Positions 10,185 through 19,820 of a stretch of DNA of 64,000 nucleotides are shown piece after piece; within the stretch, counting starts at the first letter, position 1, and each line of letters starts with the position of its first letter. The notes under the pieces were generated by a model. It did not search any database. It was not told the origin of the DNA and saw only the letters and a program-made list of their open reading frames with translations. Both the position numbers and the translations under genes were made by a program. The stretch is from an uncultured bacterium (GTDB taxonomy: Bacteria > Patescibacteriota > Minisyncoccia > Phycocordibacterales > CAIZLB01). The stretch spans positions 23,898-87,897 of the forward strand of contig CAIJKW010000006.1 in assembly GCA_903821355.1 (NCBI GenBank), read 5' to 3'.

Positions 10185-10946
10185 CTATATGTTTTTCAGA
10201 ATTGGCAGTTTTAATGATAGATACTCCAAAAGCATCTTCTTTGAAGCTCCTCCGTCTGCAAAGTACTCTCTAACGTTGGTTAAGGTTTGAAGCTCGTCTT
10301 TGCTAAGGCGTCTATTTAGTTTGTTCTTTTCTAGATCTTTGAGCGTGATTTCTATATCGTGCAAAAATTGAAATAGTTTTGACGAATCATCCTCTTCGTC
10401 CTTCCCCGCCTCTTCAACCATTCTCTTAACCATTTCAATTCTTTGAGCTAAGCTCGCCCCCAAAAAATGAGAAACTATTTGAGATGAGATACTTCTCTCC
10501 CCTTCCTCTCCTTTTTTTATTTTCCTTACGTCATTTTGAATCTTAAATTTTTCAAAAAAATCCTCTATGCTATAAGTTTCAACTCTAGATTGTATTGTTG
10601 GAAGCAAAAGTGACGATGAAGAAATTGTTATCAAAAAATATGTGTTTGGATAAGGCTCCTCTAGTGTCTTTAAAATAGCGTTCTGTGCTTGATGCCCTGC
10701 CCCATTTATTTCAATCAATGCAACTTTATTGCCACCACCATTTTCGCCAAAAGATTTTTGCGAGTTGAAAGCAACAATTTTCTCTGCCTCATCCACGCTC
10801 AGTTGATTACTTTTTATATGTAGAAAGTTTGGAGAAGAATGTGGATCTTTTTCCATTTCCAAAACTTGAGAAATAAAATTAAGGATGGCGGAGATTCCAT
10901 CGTCAGAAACTTTTTCTATTATATATGCGTGGTGATTTAGTTTCAT
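10185..10946 (-). CDS. holB: DNA polymerase III delta-prime subunit (HolB-like clamp-loader subunit)
   Basis: …AQNAILKTLEEPYPNTYFLITISSSSLLLPTIQSRVETYS… matches the sensor-1/TIxSRC region of clamp-loader delta-prime subunits. The internal Met start was chosen so the gene does not overlap mreB. Confidence 0.65.
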   Translation of the reverse strand: MKLNHHAYIIEKVSDDGISAILNFISQVLEMEKDPHSSPNFLHIKSNQLSVDEAEKIVAFNSQKSFGENGGGNKVALIEINGAGHQAQNAILKTLEEPYPNTYFLITISSSSLLLPTIQSRVETYSIEDFFEKFKIQNDVRKIKKGEEGERSISSQIVSHFLGASLAQRIEMVKRMVEEAGKDEEDDSSKLFQFLHDIEITLKDLEKNKLNRRLSKDELQTLTNVREYFADGGASKKMLLEYLSLKLPILKNI

Positions 10947-10995
10947 TTTAATTATTATGACACGCTTTTTCGTAAAAACCGGTGCCTGACCCCTA

Positions 10996-12009
10996 CTACC
11001 TCTTCGCAATAATTGTCTTCTTGTAAGTATTCAAGTGCTCAAGGGCAATACCTGTTCCCTTGGCGACACAATAAAGTGAATCTTCAGCAAGCTTTGCCTT
11101 AACCCCAGTTCTTCTATAAACAAGCTCCGGTAAATTACGAAGCTGAGATGAACCACCGGTCATAATAATACCGTTATCGATAATATCAGACGCCAACTCT
11201 GGAGGAGTTTCTTGAAGCACATCTTTTATTGCCTTTATCATTTCACGCAGTTCTTTTGCAATAGCCTTCACAACTTCATTTGTTTTAATTTCAACAGAAC
11301 GAGGAAGTCCTGTTAGAAAATCTCGCCCTTTAATTGTCATGGAAAGTTCTTCATCCATTGTAACAGCTGAGCCGATATTTATTTTCATCTCCTCTGCTGT
11401 CTTGTCACCAATTGCTAGGTTGTAAGTTTTTTTTATGTAATCAGCAATTGCTTGATCAACTCTGTTTCCAGCACACTTCACAGAATTACATGTCACAATT
11501 CCTCCCAAAGAAATTACGGCAACGTCAGTTGTTCCACCTCCAATATCAACAATCATATGGCCATTTGGCTCTTGAATAGAAATTCCCGCACCAATTGCAG
11601 CCAAAATTGGTTCTTTCACAACGTATGCATTTTTTGCGCCAGCTTTAATTGCCGCCTCCACAACTGCACGTCTCTCAGTTGAGGTAACTCCAGCAGGAAC
11701 AGAAACCATCACATCAGGTTTCCAAATATTCCATCTGCCCAATGCTTTGTTTATAAAATATCTAAGCATCGCTTCAGTCACTCTATAGTCAGCAATAACA
11801 CCGTCTCTCATGGGTCTATATGCAATGATGTTATCCGGAGTCTTTCCAATCATATCTTTTGCCTCTATCCCAACCGCCAAGATTTGATTGTCTTGTTCAG
11901 AAACGGCTACAACAGAAGGCTCGTTTAGAACGATTCCACGTCCAGGAAGAAAAACTAGGGTGTTAGAAGTACCCAAGTCAATTCCCAGCTTTTTAGAAAA
12001 TAATGCCAT
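10996..12009 (-). CDS. mreB: rod-shape determining protein MreB (actin homologue)
   Basis: Phosphate-1 motif GIDLGTSNTLV and …DIGGGTTDVAV… Start taken at MALFSKK. The ORF-track N-terminal extension is improbable. Confidence 0.9.
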   Translation of the reverse strand: MALFSKKLGIDLGTSNTLVFLPGRGIVLNEPSVVAVSEQDNQILAVGIEAKDMIGKTPDNIIAYRPMRDGVIADYRVTEAMLRYFINKALGRWNIWKPDVMVSVPAGVTSTERRAVVEAAIKAGAKNAYVVKEPILAAIGAGISIQEPNGHMIVDIGGGTTDVAVISLGGIVTCNSVKCAGNRVDQAIADYIKKTYNLAIGDKTAEEMKINIGSAVTMDEELSMTIKGRDFLTGLPRSVEIKTNEVVKAIAKELREMIKAIKDVLQETPPELASDIIDNGIIMTGGSSQLRNLPELVYRRTGVKAKLAEDSLYCVAKGTGIALEHLNTYKKTIIAKR

Positions 12010-12191
12010 GCCTACATAATAAGGCTTGTTAAGGTTTTTTACAACTTGACGAGACGAGGGGTAGATGATGTTCAAGATAGTAAAAAACCACTGCAAACTA
12101 TAGTTGCATCGAAATCTGCTGATTTCGATGTGTTTTTTACGAATAAAAAACAGCTATTGAAAAAAAGTCCATTTTCTGCGATGATTTAAGG

Positions 12192-14210
12192 GTGTATATC
12201 CTAACCGTTCACCCAATCCAGAGATCCGCTTTTAAAGAAACCCTAACCTACTGGGGGCCCAATAATTTTCCAGCAGGGTCTATTATCTATGTTCCATTTA
12301 GAAGTAAGAATATATTGGCGCTGGTTGAGAGTTGTATAAACGCAACTGAATCTAAAACGGACATAAAGAACGCGGACTTTGTTGCAAGAAAAATTGAATC
12401 GAAAAAAACAATTACAGCCGTTTCCCCATCGTTAATAAAAGCCTGTCAATCTGTTTCAAAGGAATTTGCATATCCAATAGGTGCTGTCATAAAAACAATT
12501 ATTCCAGAATGCGCACTTTTGTACGCTGAGGAGGTGATAAATAAAAAAAATAAAAACTTGGCTGAAAAAAGTGTCGAAGAAGTTAATGTGGAGGACAAAA
12601 CTGAATCGACAAAAAAATCTCCGTTAGAAATTGAAGATGAGGACGATGGATTCACTGAACAGCCAAGCTCGCGTGACATTTTTGTCTTTCAAACAAATAC
12701 CACTGATAGATACGGAACATATAAAAGCATTATCAGAGAGGAATTTGCAAAGAAGAAGTCAGTCGTAATTATTGCTCCAACAGTTAATTCTGCAGAAGAA
12801 ATTTACGAAGAACTCTCTCGTGGAATAAGTGACTACGCCTATCTTTTGCATGGTGGAATAAACAAAAAGAAACAGGTTGAAATATGGGGTAAGGCATTAA
12901 ATGAAAGCCACACGATTGCATTAATCACTACCCCATCTTTTGTTGGGCTACCAAGAGATGATATTGCAACTATTGTTGTAGAGAGAGAATCGTCAAGAAG
13001 TTATGTCACAATGTTCAAACCGTTTTTTGATTATAGATATCTTTTTCAAAAATGGTCAAAAGAATTACGCGCCAGACTAATTTATGGAGACATACTACTT
13101 CGCGTGGAGACTTTGTATAAAAGAGAGCGCGGAGAAGTCTTTGATTTCTTTCCCATTTCAATGCGTATAGAAAAACGTCCAAATACTATTATTGTCGATA
13201 TGTCAGAGCCTCTTCGAAAAGAAAAGGCAAAAAAGGAAAAAGATAAAGTAAATTCAAAGAATAATTTAATTTATTCTGAAGAACTTGAATCTCAGGTTGA
13301 GTATGCGGGAAAGAAGAAAGAGAAGATGATAATTTTTACAGCACGACGTGGTTTAGCCCCACAAACTGTTTGCGGTGATTGTGGTACAACTGTAACTTGT
13401 TCAATATGCGAAGCGCCTGTTGTATTACACAATTCCAAGGTTGAAAGTAAAAGATATTTTCTATGTCATCATTGTGGTAGAGAGAGAACGGCGCTTGAAG
13501 GTTGTAAGAACTGTGGAAGCTGGAAATTGATAACTCTTGGAATTGGATCGGACACTATTCACGAGGAAACACTAAAAAGATTTCCTGATAGGCAAATTTT
13601 TAGACTGGATAGAGATACTGCAAAAACAGACAAGCAAGCTCGAGATATCGCCAAAAAGTTTGATGAAAGTTCTACCGGCATTTTAATTGGTACTGAATTT
13701 TCTTTGAATTATTTGAAACCAGTCAAACATGTTGCGGTGGCCTCATTAGATAGTTTGTTTTCTCTTCCCGACTTTAGAATTAATGAAAGAATTTGTCATA
13801 TACTATTGCAAGCACAAACTTTAGCAGAAGAATATTTACTAATACAATCGAGAAATGCCACTCACCCGCTTTTGGGCTATATACAAAGTGGTAACTTAAA
13901 TGATTTTTATAAATCAGAAATTTCAGACAGAAAAGCACTAACTTATCCTCCTTTTGCAACTTTTGTAAAAATCACAATTGAAGCAGACAAAGCAACTGCA
14001 GCAAAAGAAATGGGTAAATTACAAGTGTGGCTGGAAAAGTGGAATCCTACCATCTTCCCCGCTTTCGTTCCTTCTGTTGGAGGAAAATCTATTTTGCACA
14101 TGTTAATATCAATGTCACCAAAAGCTTGGCCAGATGAAGAGTTACGCAACATTCTAGTTAGCCTACCCCCAGAGTTCACAGTTAGCGTTCATCCAGAGAG
14201 CTTGCTATAA
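12192..14210 (+). CDS. PriA-like primosomal protein N-prime homologue with a degenerate helicase core
   Basis: PriA-type N-terminal 3'-DNA-binding domain. A Cys-rich zinc-binding insert (CGDCGTTVTCSICEAPV…CHHCG…CKNCGS) and PriA C-terminal domain are present. Walker A (expected GSGKT) and the DEEH box are not conserved (TDRYGTYKS; VERE). Confidence 0.55.
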   Translation: MYILTVHPIQRSAFKETLTYWGPNNFPAGSIIYVPFRSKNILALVESCINATESKTDIKNADFVARKIESKKTITAVSPSLIKACQSVSKEFAYPIGAVIKTIIPECALLYAEEVINKKNKNLAEKSVEEVNVEDKTESTKKSPLEIEDEDDGFTEQPSSRDIFVFQTNTTDRYGTYKSIIREEFAKKKSVVIIAPTVNSAEEIYEELSRGISDYAYLLHGGINKKKQVEIWGKALNESHTIALITTPSFVGLPRDDIATIVVERESSRSYVTMFKPFFDYRYLFQKWSKELRARLIYGDILLRVETLYKRERGEVFDFFPISMRIEKRPNTIIVDMSEPLRKEKAKKEKDKVNSKNNLIYSEELESQVEYAGKKKEKMIIFTARRGLAPQTVCGDCGTTVTCSICEAPVVLHNSKVESKRYFLCHHCGRERTALEGCKNCGSWKLITLGIGSDTIHEETLKRFPDRQIFRLDRDTAKTDKQARDIAKKFDESSTGILIGTEFSLNYLKPVKHVAVASLDSLFSLPDFRINERICHILLQAQTLAEEYLLIQSRNATHPLLGYIQSGNLNDFYKSEISDRKALTYPPFATFVKITIEADKATAAKEMGKLQVWLEKWNPTIFPAFVPSVGGKSILHMLISMSPKAWPDEELRNILVSLPPEFTVSVHPESLL

Positions 14211-14217
14211 TATCAGC

Positions 14218-14808
14218 ATGGAAAAGTTTACCCAATTTAAACCTGAAAATAAGATTGTCACAGATGGTCATCCAGCTCTAAGGATGGCTGCAATCGAGAT
14301 CCCAAAAGAAGAAATTAAAAGTAAATACGTACAAGATCTTATTTCCTTTATGAGTAAGAAGTTGGCGGAACAAATTGACGGCGTTGGTCTTGCCGCTCCT
14401 CAAATTGGTGTTCCACTTCAAATCTTTATAGTATCAGGAAAGATTTTTTTAAATGATGAAGAAAGAGATATCGTAATGGAAGCAGAAAAAAAGAAGAAAA
14501 AACACAAAGTAGTTATACCGCCAGACTTAGTTTGCATAAATCCAATGATTACAAAAACTTCTAAGGATAAAAAATGGATGGATGGTGAAGGCTGTCTTTC
14601 TGTAAGGTGGTTTTATGGCAAAGTTCAAAGAGCACTTAGGGTTACCATAAAAGCCTATGACAGAGAAGGTAAATCATTTACCAGAGGAGCAAGTGGTCTA
14701 TTATCTCATATCTTTCAACATGAAGTAGATCACTTGAATGGAGTCTTGTTTATCGACAAAGCAAAAGACGTCAAACAATTTGAACCTGAAGAAATTATGA
14801 GTGCATAA
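14218..14808 (+). CDS. def: peptide deformylase
   Basis: Motifs GVGLAAPQIG, EGCLS and HEVDHLNG. Contains a Lys-rich insertion (EAEKKKKKHK). Confidence 0.9.
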   Translation: MEKFTQFKPENKIVTDGHPALRMAAIEIPKEEIKSKYVQDLISFMSKKLAEQIDGVGLAAPQIGVPLQIFIVSGKIFLNDEERDIVMEAEKKKKKHKVVIPPDLVCINPMITKTSKDKKWMDGEGCLSVRWFYGKVQRALRVTIKAYDREGKSFTRGASGLLSHIFQHEVDHLNGVLFIDKAKDVKQFEPEEIMSA

Positions 14809-14819
14809 TTAATTAAAAA

Positions 14820-15788
14820 ATGACAAGCCCATACCAATCACCGACACATTCACCATTAGTTTTCTTTGGCTCATCACTGATGTCCGTTAAGGTCTTAAAC
14901 GCCCTTCGTAATTACGGAATAAATGCTGATGTAATTGTAACAATACCAGACAAGCCTCAAGGAAGAAAATTAATTCTCACCCCAAACCCAACAAAAATTT
15001 GGGCGCTCGAGCATAATATTCCACATCTTGAATTTGCAAAATTAAATGATGAAGCTTATGAAAAGTTACAATCGGTAGGAAATTTAATTAATCAGCCACA
15101 AGGTGGAGACGGTGGAAAGCCAAAGTTATTCATTGTGGCCTCTTACGGAAAAATAATTCCTGAAAGATTTTTAGAGATTCCAGAATTTGGCGCATTAAAC
15201 GTGCACCCATCAAAACTTCCGGAACTTCGCGGGGCCGCTCCACTTCAAACAACAATACTACAAGACAAGAATAAAACGGCTGTAACTATAATTAAAATGG
15301 ATAAGGAAATGGACCATGGGGCAATCTTCGCTCAAAGAGATGTAGATATCGCAGAAATTGCAAACTGGCCAACAACATATTCGGAGCTAGAATTAATTAC
15401 AGCTAATATTGGAGCACAATTAATTACAGAAAATCTGGATTCATATATAAGTGGTGAGTTAAAATTACAAGAACAAGATCACGACCTTGCAACTTTCACC
15501 GGCAAAACGTTAAAGGAAGATGGCCTAATAGATCCTTGGACTACAGACGCAGAAAAACAGAGAAAAAATATCCTTAAAATAAGAGCGTACGAAGAGTGGC
15601 CCGGAACATATTTCTTCGTGGATAAAAAAATTAAAGGCGAGGATAAAAAAATTCGCGTGATAGTTAAAGAAGCTGAATGGTTGGAAAATGAAGACGCTGG
15701 ACATCAACTGAAAATTACAAAAGTTGTTCCAGAGGGCGGAAAAGAAATGAGTTGGAATTCATTTCTGCAAAGTATTGGGAGAGGGTAA
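14820..15788 (+). CDS. fmt: methionyl-tRNA formyltransferase
   Basis: Formyltransferase N-domain (LNVHPSKLPELRGAAPLQ) plus the Fmt C-terminal domain. Directly downstream of def. Confidence 0.9.
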   Translation: MTSPYQSPTHSPLVFFGSSLMSVKVLNALRNYGINADVIVTIPDKPQGRKLILTPNPTKIWALEHNIPHLEFAKLNDEAYEKLQSVGNLINQPQGGDGGKPKLFIVASYGKIIPERFLEIPEFGALNVHPSKLPELRGAAPLQTTILQDKNKTAVTIIKMDKEMDHGAIFAQRDVDIAEIANWPTTYSELELITANIGAQLITENLDSYISGELKLQEQDHDLATFTGKTLKEDGLIDPWTTDAEKQRKNILKIRAYEEWPGTYFFVDKKIKGEDKKIRVIVKEAEWLENEDAGHQLKITKVVPEGGKEMSWNSFLQSIGRG

Positions 15789-15797
15789 AACAAAATA

Positions 15798-15895
15798 AAA
15801 ACACCTATTGAGAGACTTGCGAGTTGCAACGAGCGGATGATTCCGTCTACAGGAATCATTCACCAGAAAACCCTCGTGTTCTCAATAGGTGTTTT
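15798..15895. repeat. long hairpin with the conserved core TTGAGAGACTTGCGAGTTGCAACGAGC (copy B); probably also a bidirectional terminator
   Basis: AACACCTATTGAGAGA pairs with TCTCAATAGGTGTT. An A-run precedes it and a T-run follows. The core at 15808-15834 is identical to 6794-6820. It lies between convergent fmt and hpf. Confidence 0.6.
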
Positions 15896-15904
15896 ATTTT
15901 ATAT

Positions 15905-16255
15905 CTATCCCCTCTTAAATAAATTCTTTATTTTTTGTGCACCCTTTCTAAATAGAGTTTGTTTTTTGTCTTTTTTATTCGACAACATGTTAAATAGTTC
16001 TTCCTGCACTAGATCGATAGATGAATACATATTATCAGATGTTTTTTCCGCCTTATTCATCTTGCCTTTATTCCAAACAAGAACTTTGGCTCTAAAAATA
16101 TCACCAGACTTATGATGGTTGGTTGTTTTTTCTAACTCAACCTCAACTTTAGTATCTTCATTAATAAACTTCTCAATCGATGACATCTTTTTGTAAAGAT
16201 AATCCCTAACAGGTTCTGTGATATCAATGTTTATTCCTTTTGTGATTATTTTCAT
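15905..16255 (-). CDS. hpf: ribosome hibernation promoting factor / ribosome-associated inhibitor A (YfiA family)
   Basis: 116 aa. MKIITKGINIDITEPVRDYLYKKM… matches the RaiA/HPF fold. Confidence 0.85.
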   Translation of the reverse strand: MKIITKGINIDITEPVRDYLYKKMSSIEKFINEDTKVEVELEKTTNHHKSGDIFRAKVLVWNKGKMNKAEKTSDNMYSSIDLVQEELFNMLSNKKDKKQTLFRKGAQKIKNLFKRG

Positions 16256-16335
16256 ATTTTTATCGATTAATTAGTAACACATACATTATAACATACTTAT
16301 CAACTTAAATATGTGCTAAAATATAAGAAAATAAA

Positions 16336-16839
16336 ATGTTTAAAGAAGGAATATCAAATTATACTGAACATGTCGTGGTAAAACATAGAGACAACCATGG
16401 TAATAATAGCTCAAAAGAGAAAGAGGCTGGTTTTCAAAGGGTTAAACGTCTATCTATAATTGCAGGTGCTTTGACCACCCTACTTGCGGGAGGTCTTGCG
16501 GAATATCGACACTTAAAAGATCATGATGCGGAAGATGACAAGACTGAAGAAACTAATATAAATATATATTTATCTGAAGACAAACCTGAAGTGGAAGAAA
16601 TTAGAAATTCTCAACCTCCAGAAACAAGAGCGGTACCTGAAAAAACCAACGCCAAAAAGGTTGGTGAGGTAAAAAAGGAAGATGTATTTATCGAAACAAT
16701 ACAAAATAGAGAGATTACAGAAATTGAGAGAAAATTGATAAGAGAAATACCTCTCTATGGTAGAGAAGCTTCTTCTTTAAAAAGAAAGATCCCCTCCCCC
16801 TCTGAATATTACAAAGCTCCACAGAAGTACTGTTTATAA
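16336..16839 (+). CDS. hypothetical protein (one predicted TM helix, acidic/lysine-rich C-terminal region)
   Basis: ORF only. No family recognised. Confidence 0.4.
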   Translation: MFKEGISNYTEHVVVKHRDNHGNNSSKEKEAGFQRVKRLSIIAGALTTLLAGGLAEYRHLKDHDAEDDKTEETNINIYLSEDKPEVEEIRNSQPPETRAVPEKTNAKKVGEVKKEDVFIETIQNREITEIERKLIREIPLYGREASSLKRKIPSPSEYYKAPQKYCL

Positions 16840-16846
16840 AATACTT

Positions 16847-17497
16847 TTGGATCTTTCTGTTAAGGGTCTTGTCAGCGAAATACAAAAGAAGGGTAAACTT
16901 TTCTATCAGGTAGAAAATCCTGAAAAATTGACAAGGTATTTGAAAGACAAAGTGACAATGGCAAATGATCACCTAGAGAAAGCAAATAAACTTATCCCAG
17001 AAATTGAGGGGCTGTTTAGTATGTTTGCTGACAAACCTAAGGTCTCATATTTTGAAGGACAAGAAAATGTTATGCAAATTTATGCGGATCATTTGAATGT
17101 TAAAAAACCATACGAGATGGTTGCTTGGGCAAATACTACTTATCTAAAAGATCTACTAAAGTCTGATTTCTTTTTACATTATAGAAAGACAAAAGAAAAA
17201 CTTGGCATAACAACGCGTGGAATTGTCCCCGACACTGATTACGATGTGGACTTCGTCAAAAATACTTACACAAAAATTGGTATTGCAGAAAAATATTGGC
17301 CATGGATGAAATACATTTCACATAAAGATTTTTCTTTCGAAGGAGAAATCACTATCTATAGTGACGACAAAGTCTCTATTGTAAACCTAAACAAAAATCA
17401 CTTCACCGGAACTGTCATTCAAGACAAAACCATTCACAATATGATGCGAATGATTTTTGAGCTATCGTGGAAGGGTGCGGATACTTACGAGAAATAG
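16847..17497 (+). CDS. hypothetical protein
   Basis: 216-aa ORF immediately downstream of the previous ORF, in a different frame. No family recognised. Confidence 0.4.
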   Translation: MDLSVKGLVSEIQKKGKLFYQVENPEKLTRYLKDKVTMANDHLEKANKLIPEIEGLFSMFADKPKVSYFEGQENVMQIYADHLNVKKPYEMVAWANTTYLKDLLKSDFFLHYRKTKEKLGITTRGIVPDTDYDVDFVKNTYTKIGIAEKYWPWMKYISHKDFSFEGEITIYSDDKVSIVNLNKNHFTGTVIQDKTIHNMMRMIFELSWKGADTYEK

Positions 17498-17498
17498 A

Positions 17499-18365
17499 TT
17501 ACAACTTATACTCCCCCATGAATCCTTGTGGTCTATACATCATCAAGAATAATAACAAGAGACCGTAAACAACTTGTCTCATTTGAGCAGCGACATCTGT
17601 TGGAAATCCAACAAATCTCAAAACCTCGGGCAGGAGAATTAAAAAGACAGTTCCCCAAAAGACACCTTTGTTGCTTGCAAGACCGCCAAGTATGACAATC
17701 GATAAAATAAATATTGATTCATTTAAAGAGAAACTTGATGGGTCTATGAATGTTATATACGATGCAAAGAGAGCTCCTGCAACTGCGGCAAGTCCTGCCG
17801 CAACGACGAAAACAATCATCTTATATATTTTTGTATTGTAACCAAAAACAGAAATTGCTTGTTCGTCCTCTCTAATTGCTTTTATAACTCTTCCAAAACT
17901 AGATCCTACTATATATTGTGAAAACAAATATGTTAGAAGAGTAAGTGCTGCTGCCAATATTAAAAAATGAGAATTTGATCTAAATACAAAACCAAAAATT
18001 TCAGGTCTGCCGATTCCTGGAATTCCAAGAGGTCCTCTTGTTAAGCTCTGCCAATTAAGCATGATGCTAAAAGCGATGATGTTAAAACCAAAGGATGCGA
18101 GCGCATAATAGTCACCCTTGAATTTTCCTAGAATTGCACCCAAGACTAATGAGACCGCCATGGCAATGATTGCGCCAACGACCATCGCTAAAAAGAAATT
18201 CCATCCGTAACCGGTCATAAGTATGGCCGTAGCATAAGCCCCTACTCCAAAAAATGTTGCATGCGTAATTGAAAGCAGTCCTGTGTAGCCAACAACCAAA
18301 TTGAGACTTACGCCCAATATTGACCAAATTGAAATCAAAACCAAAAGGTGAATTATATATTCCAT
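17499..18365 (-). CDS. branched-chain amino-acid ABC transporter permease (LivH/LivM family)
   Basis: 8-10 TM helices. The conserved loop IKAIREDEQAISVFGYNTKIYK…AAGLAAVAGALFASY is typical of LivM/LivH. Confidence 0.75.
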   Translation of the reverse strand: MEYIIHLLVLISIWSILGVSLNLVVGYTGLLSITHATFFGVGAYATAILMTGYGWNFFLAMVVGAIIAMAVSLVLGAILGKFKGDYYALASFGFNIIAFSIMLNWQSLTRGPLGIPGIGRPEIFGFVFRSNSHFLILAAALTLLTYLFSQYIVGSSFGRVIKAIREDEQAISVFGYNTKIYKMIVFVVAAGLAAVAGALFASYITFIDPSSFSLNESIFILSIVILGGLASNKGVFWGTVFLILLPEVLRFVGFPTDVAAQMRQVVYGLLLLFLMMYRPQGFMGEYKL

Positions 18366-18493
18366 TAGTTAAATAATATCAAAGTTGTAATTATTTTGCT
18401 ACTTTATATCCGAGAGCTCGCGGAGCGCCCGCGGGCGCCCCGAATTTTCATGCCAGAGGAAAGGGTGGCGAGAGGAGATTCCTCGAGCCACCC

Positions 18494-18820
18494 TCAGATA
18501 TCATCGGGATCATGACCTGCCTCCTTGAAGCCTTCCAACATCTCAGCTTCATGCCTTTGCGCATCTTCGAGATCTCTTTCTTCCTTCAATACTTGAATCA
18601 CCCCTTTTATTTCTTCCTGTTTGATCTGCTGTCTGTGTAGACTTAGTTCTCTACCGATAGCATTAGCTGATGCGTAAGGGTGTTCCATAATCAATTCTCG
18701 AATTAATGTACCTAGACTCTTAACTTCAACGCCTTCAGCTCTAAGGGCTGCAGCCCGATGACTTACGATTGACGCTAGCTCTTGAATCGTCAAATATTCG
18801 CATTCACTATTTTTGTGCAT
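18494..18820 (-). CDS. hypothetical protein in a GC-rich segment
   Basis: 108-aa ORF. Local GC is clearly above the window average. Flanked at 18400-18495 by the perfect palindrome GCGCCCGCGGGCGC and a GGGTGGC/GCCACCC hairpin. Confidence 0.4.
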   Translation of the reverse strand: MHKNSECEYLTIQELASIVSHRAAALRAEGVEVKSLGTLIRELIMEHPYASANAIGRELSLHRQQIKQEEIKGVIQVLKEERDLEDAQRHEAEMLEGFKEAGHDPDDI

Positions 18821-18994
18821 ATGGGTCCTTTCGTTTCCCAGCCATAATTATACAACAAATTTAATTTTTGTGTCAAAAAGATGAATGCTAGTTAAGCTAG
18901 AAGCCTTAAAAAAATATTTGTTTCAGCCGTTGTATACTTAATCGTAAAAATACAAATAGATTTTAAATTATAAGCGTGTTGTGGTAAAGAAAAT

Positions 18995-19138
18995 GATTGA
19001 CTTTCATGAAGAAGAGTCTAAAATTTTAAGGTGGCGAAGATATCTAATTATGACGTGAGTACATATTTTAGATTCGTTTATTCCAAAAATGTCGACTGCG
19101 ATAACATCCCTTCTATCCCCGCAGTGGAAAGCATCTAG
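18995..19138 (+). repeat. ~140-bp conserved element, copy 1; contains a consensus-like promoter TTGACT-16-TAAAAT (18997-19024)
   Basis: About 93% identical to 19677-19820. The reading frame is not conserved between the copies (one-base indel), which suggests an sRNA or 5' leader. Confidence 0.6.
18997..19024 (+). promoter_or_regulatory. sigma70-like promoter (TTGACT, 16-nt spacer, TAAAAT) at the start of repeat copy 1
   Basis: Read directly from the sequence. Confidence 0.45.
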
Positions 19139-19191
19139 AATGTATTTTTCAGAAAGATTTATAAGGCACAAAAAACAGACAAATAACAGAT

Positions 19192-19222
19192 TTGAACTTT
19201 TTAGACATCTCCACTTATTAAT
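19192..19222 (+). promoter_or_regulatory. putative promoter (TTGAAC, 18-nt spacer, TATTAAT) upstream of the truncated paralogue
   Basis: The block TTGAACTTTTTAGAC.TC..CACTT.TTAATAG is conserved at 19901-19933. Confidence 0.35.
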
Positions 19223-19255
19223 AGTTTATTGTTAACTTAAAAAAAATAAGTAAAT

Positions 19256-19408
19256 ATGAATAAAATAATAGACATCTTTAAGTCTTATCATATTTTTTTG
19301 TTTGGATCAGGCCTTTTGATTTCACTTCTGTTTATTATGATAATTCCATCTGTCACTAACGCAGAGGCAGAGACGGCTTATCACGTTACAAGTATTATAA
19401 ACGGATGA
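19256..19408 (+). pseudogene. truncated paralogue (signal-peptide-only, 50 aa) of the PG-binding/FN3 protein gene at 19961
   Basis: MNKIIDIFKSYHIFLFGSGLLISLLFIMIIPSVTNA… parallels MNKITTTLKSYSTY…LIPSITNA of the downstream gene. It is followed by the terminator at 19504-19531. Confidence 0.45.
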
Positions 19409-19503
19409 ACAACATAAATATTACAAATACGTAATATTTAAAAATTAATCACTTTCCTGCAGGATTCCATACAAATAAATATATGACGAAGACATATTAA
19501 AGG

Positions 19504-19531
19504 AAAACCATCATTAGCTTGGTGGTTTTTC
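19504..19531 (+). terminator. rho-independent terminator
   Basis: AAAACCATCA…TGGTGGTTTT hairpin followed by a T-run. Confidence 0.45.
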
Positions 19532-19676
19532 TATTTAGATAAAATCTTTGAAATCGCAAATCTAGATTAATTTTTGAAACAAGCATTGAAATTAATCATC
19601 AAATAGAACGATATAATTACTTACGCCATGTCAATATCTAGACTTGAATTAATAAGCATGTCGTATTTCCAATACA

Positions 19677-19820
19677 TATTGACTTTTGTCAAGAAGAGTC
19701 TAAAATTCTACTGTAGCGAAGATATCTAATTATGACGTGAGTACATATTTTAGATTCGTTTATTCCAAAAATGTCGACTGCGATAACACCCCTCTATCCC
19801 CCGCAGTGGAAAGTATCTAG
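19677..19820 (+). repeat. ~140-bp conserved element, copy 2; promoter TTGACT-16-TAAAAT at 19679-19706
   Basis: Direct repeat of 18995-19138. Confidence 0.6.

Noticed and set aside
16336-17497. Possible frameshifted single gene spanning ORFs 16336-16839 and 16847-17497.
   Set aside because: There is no detectable sequence continuity or shared domain across the junction. They are kept as two hypothetical genes.
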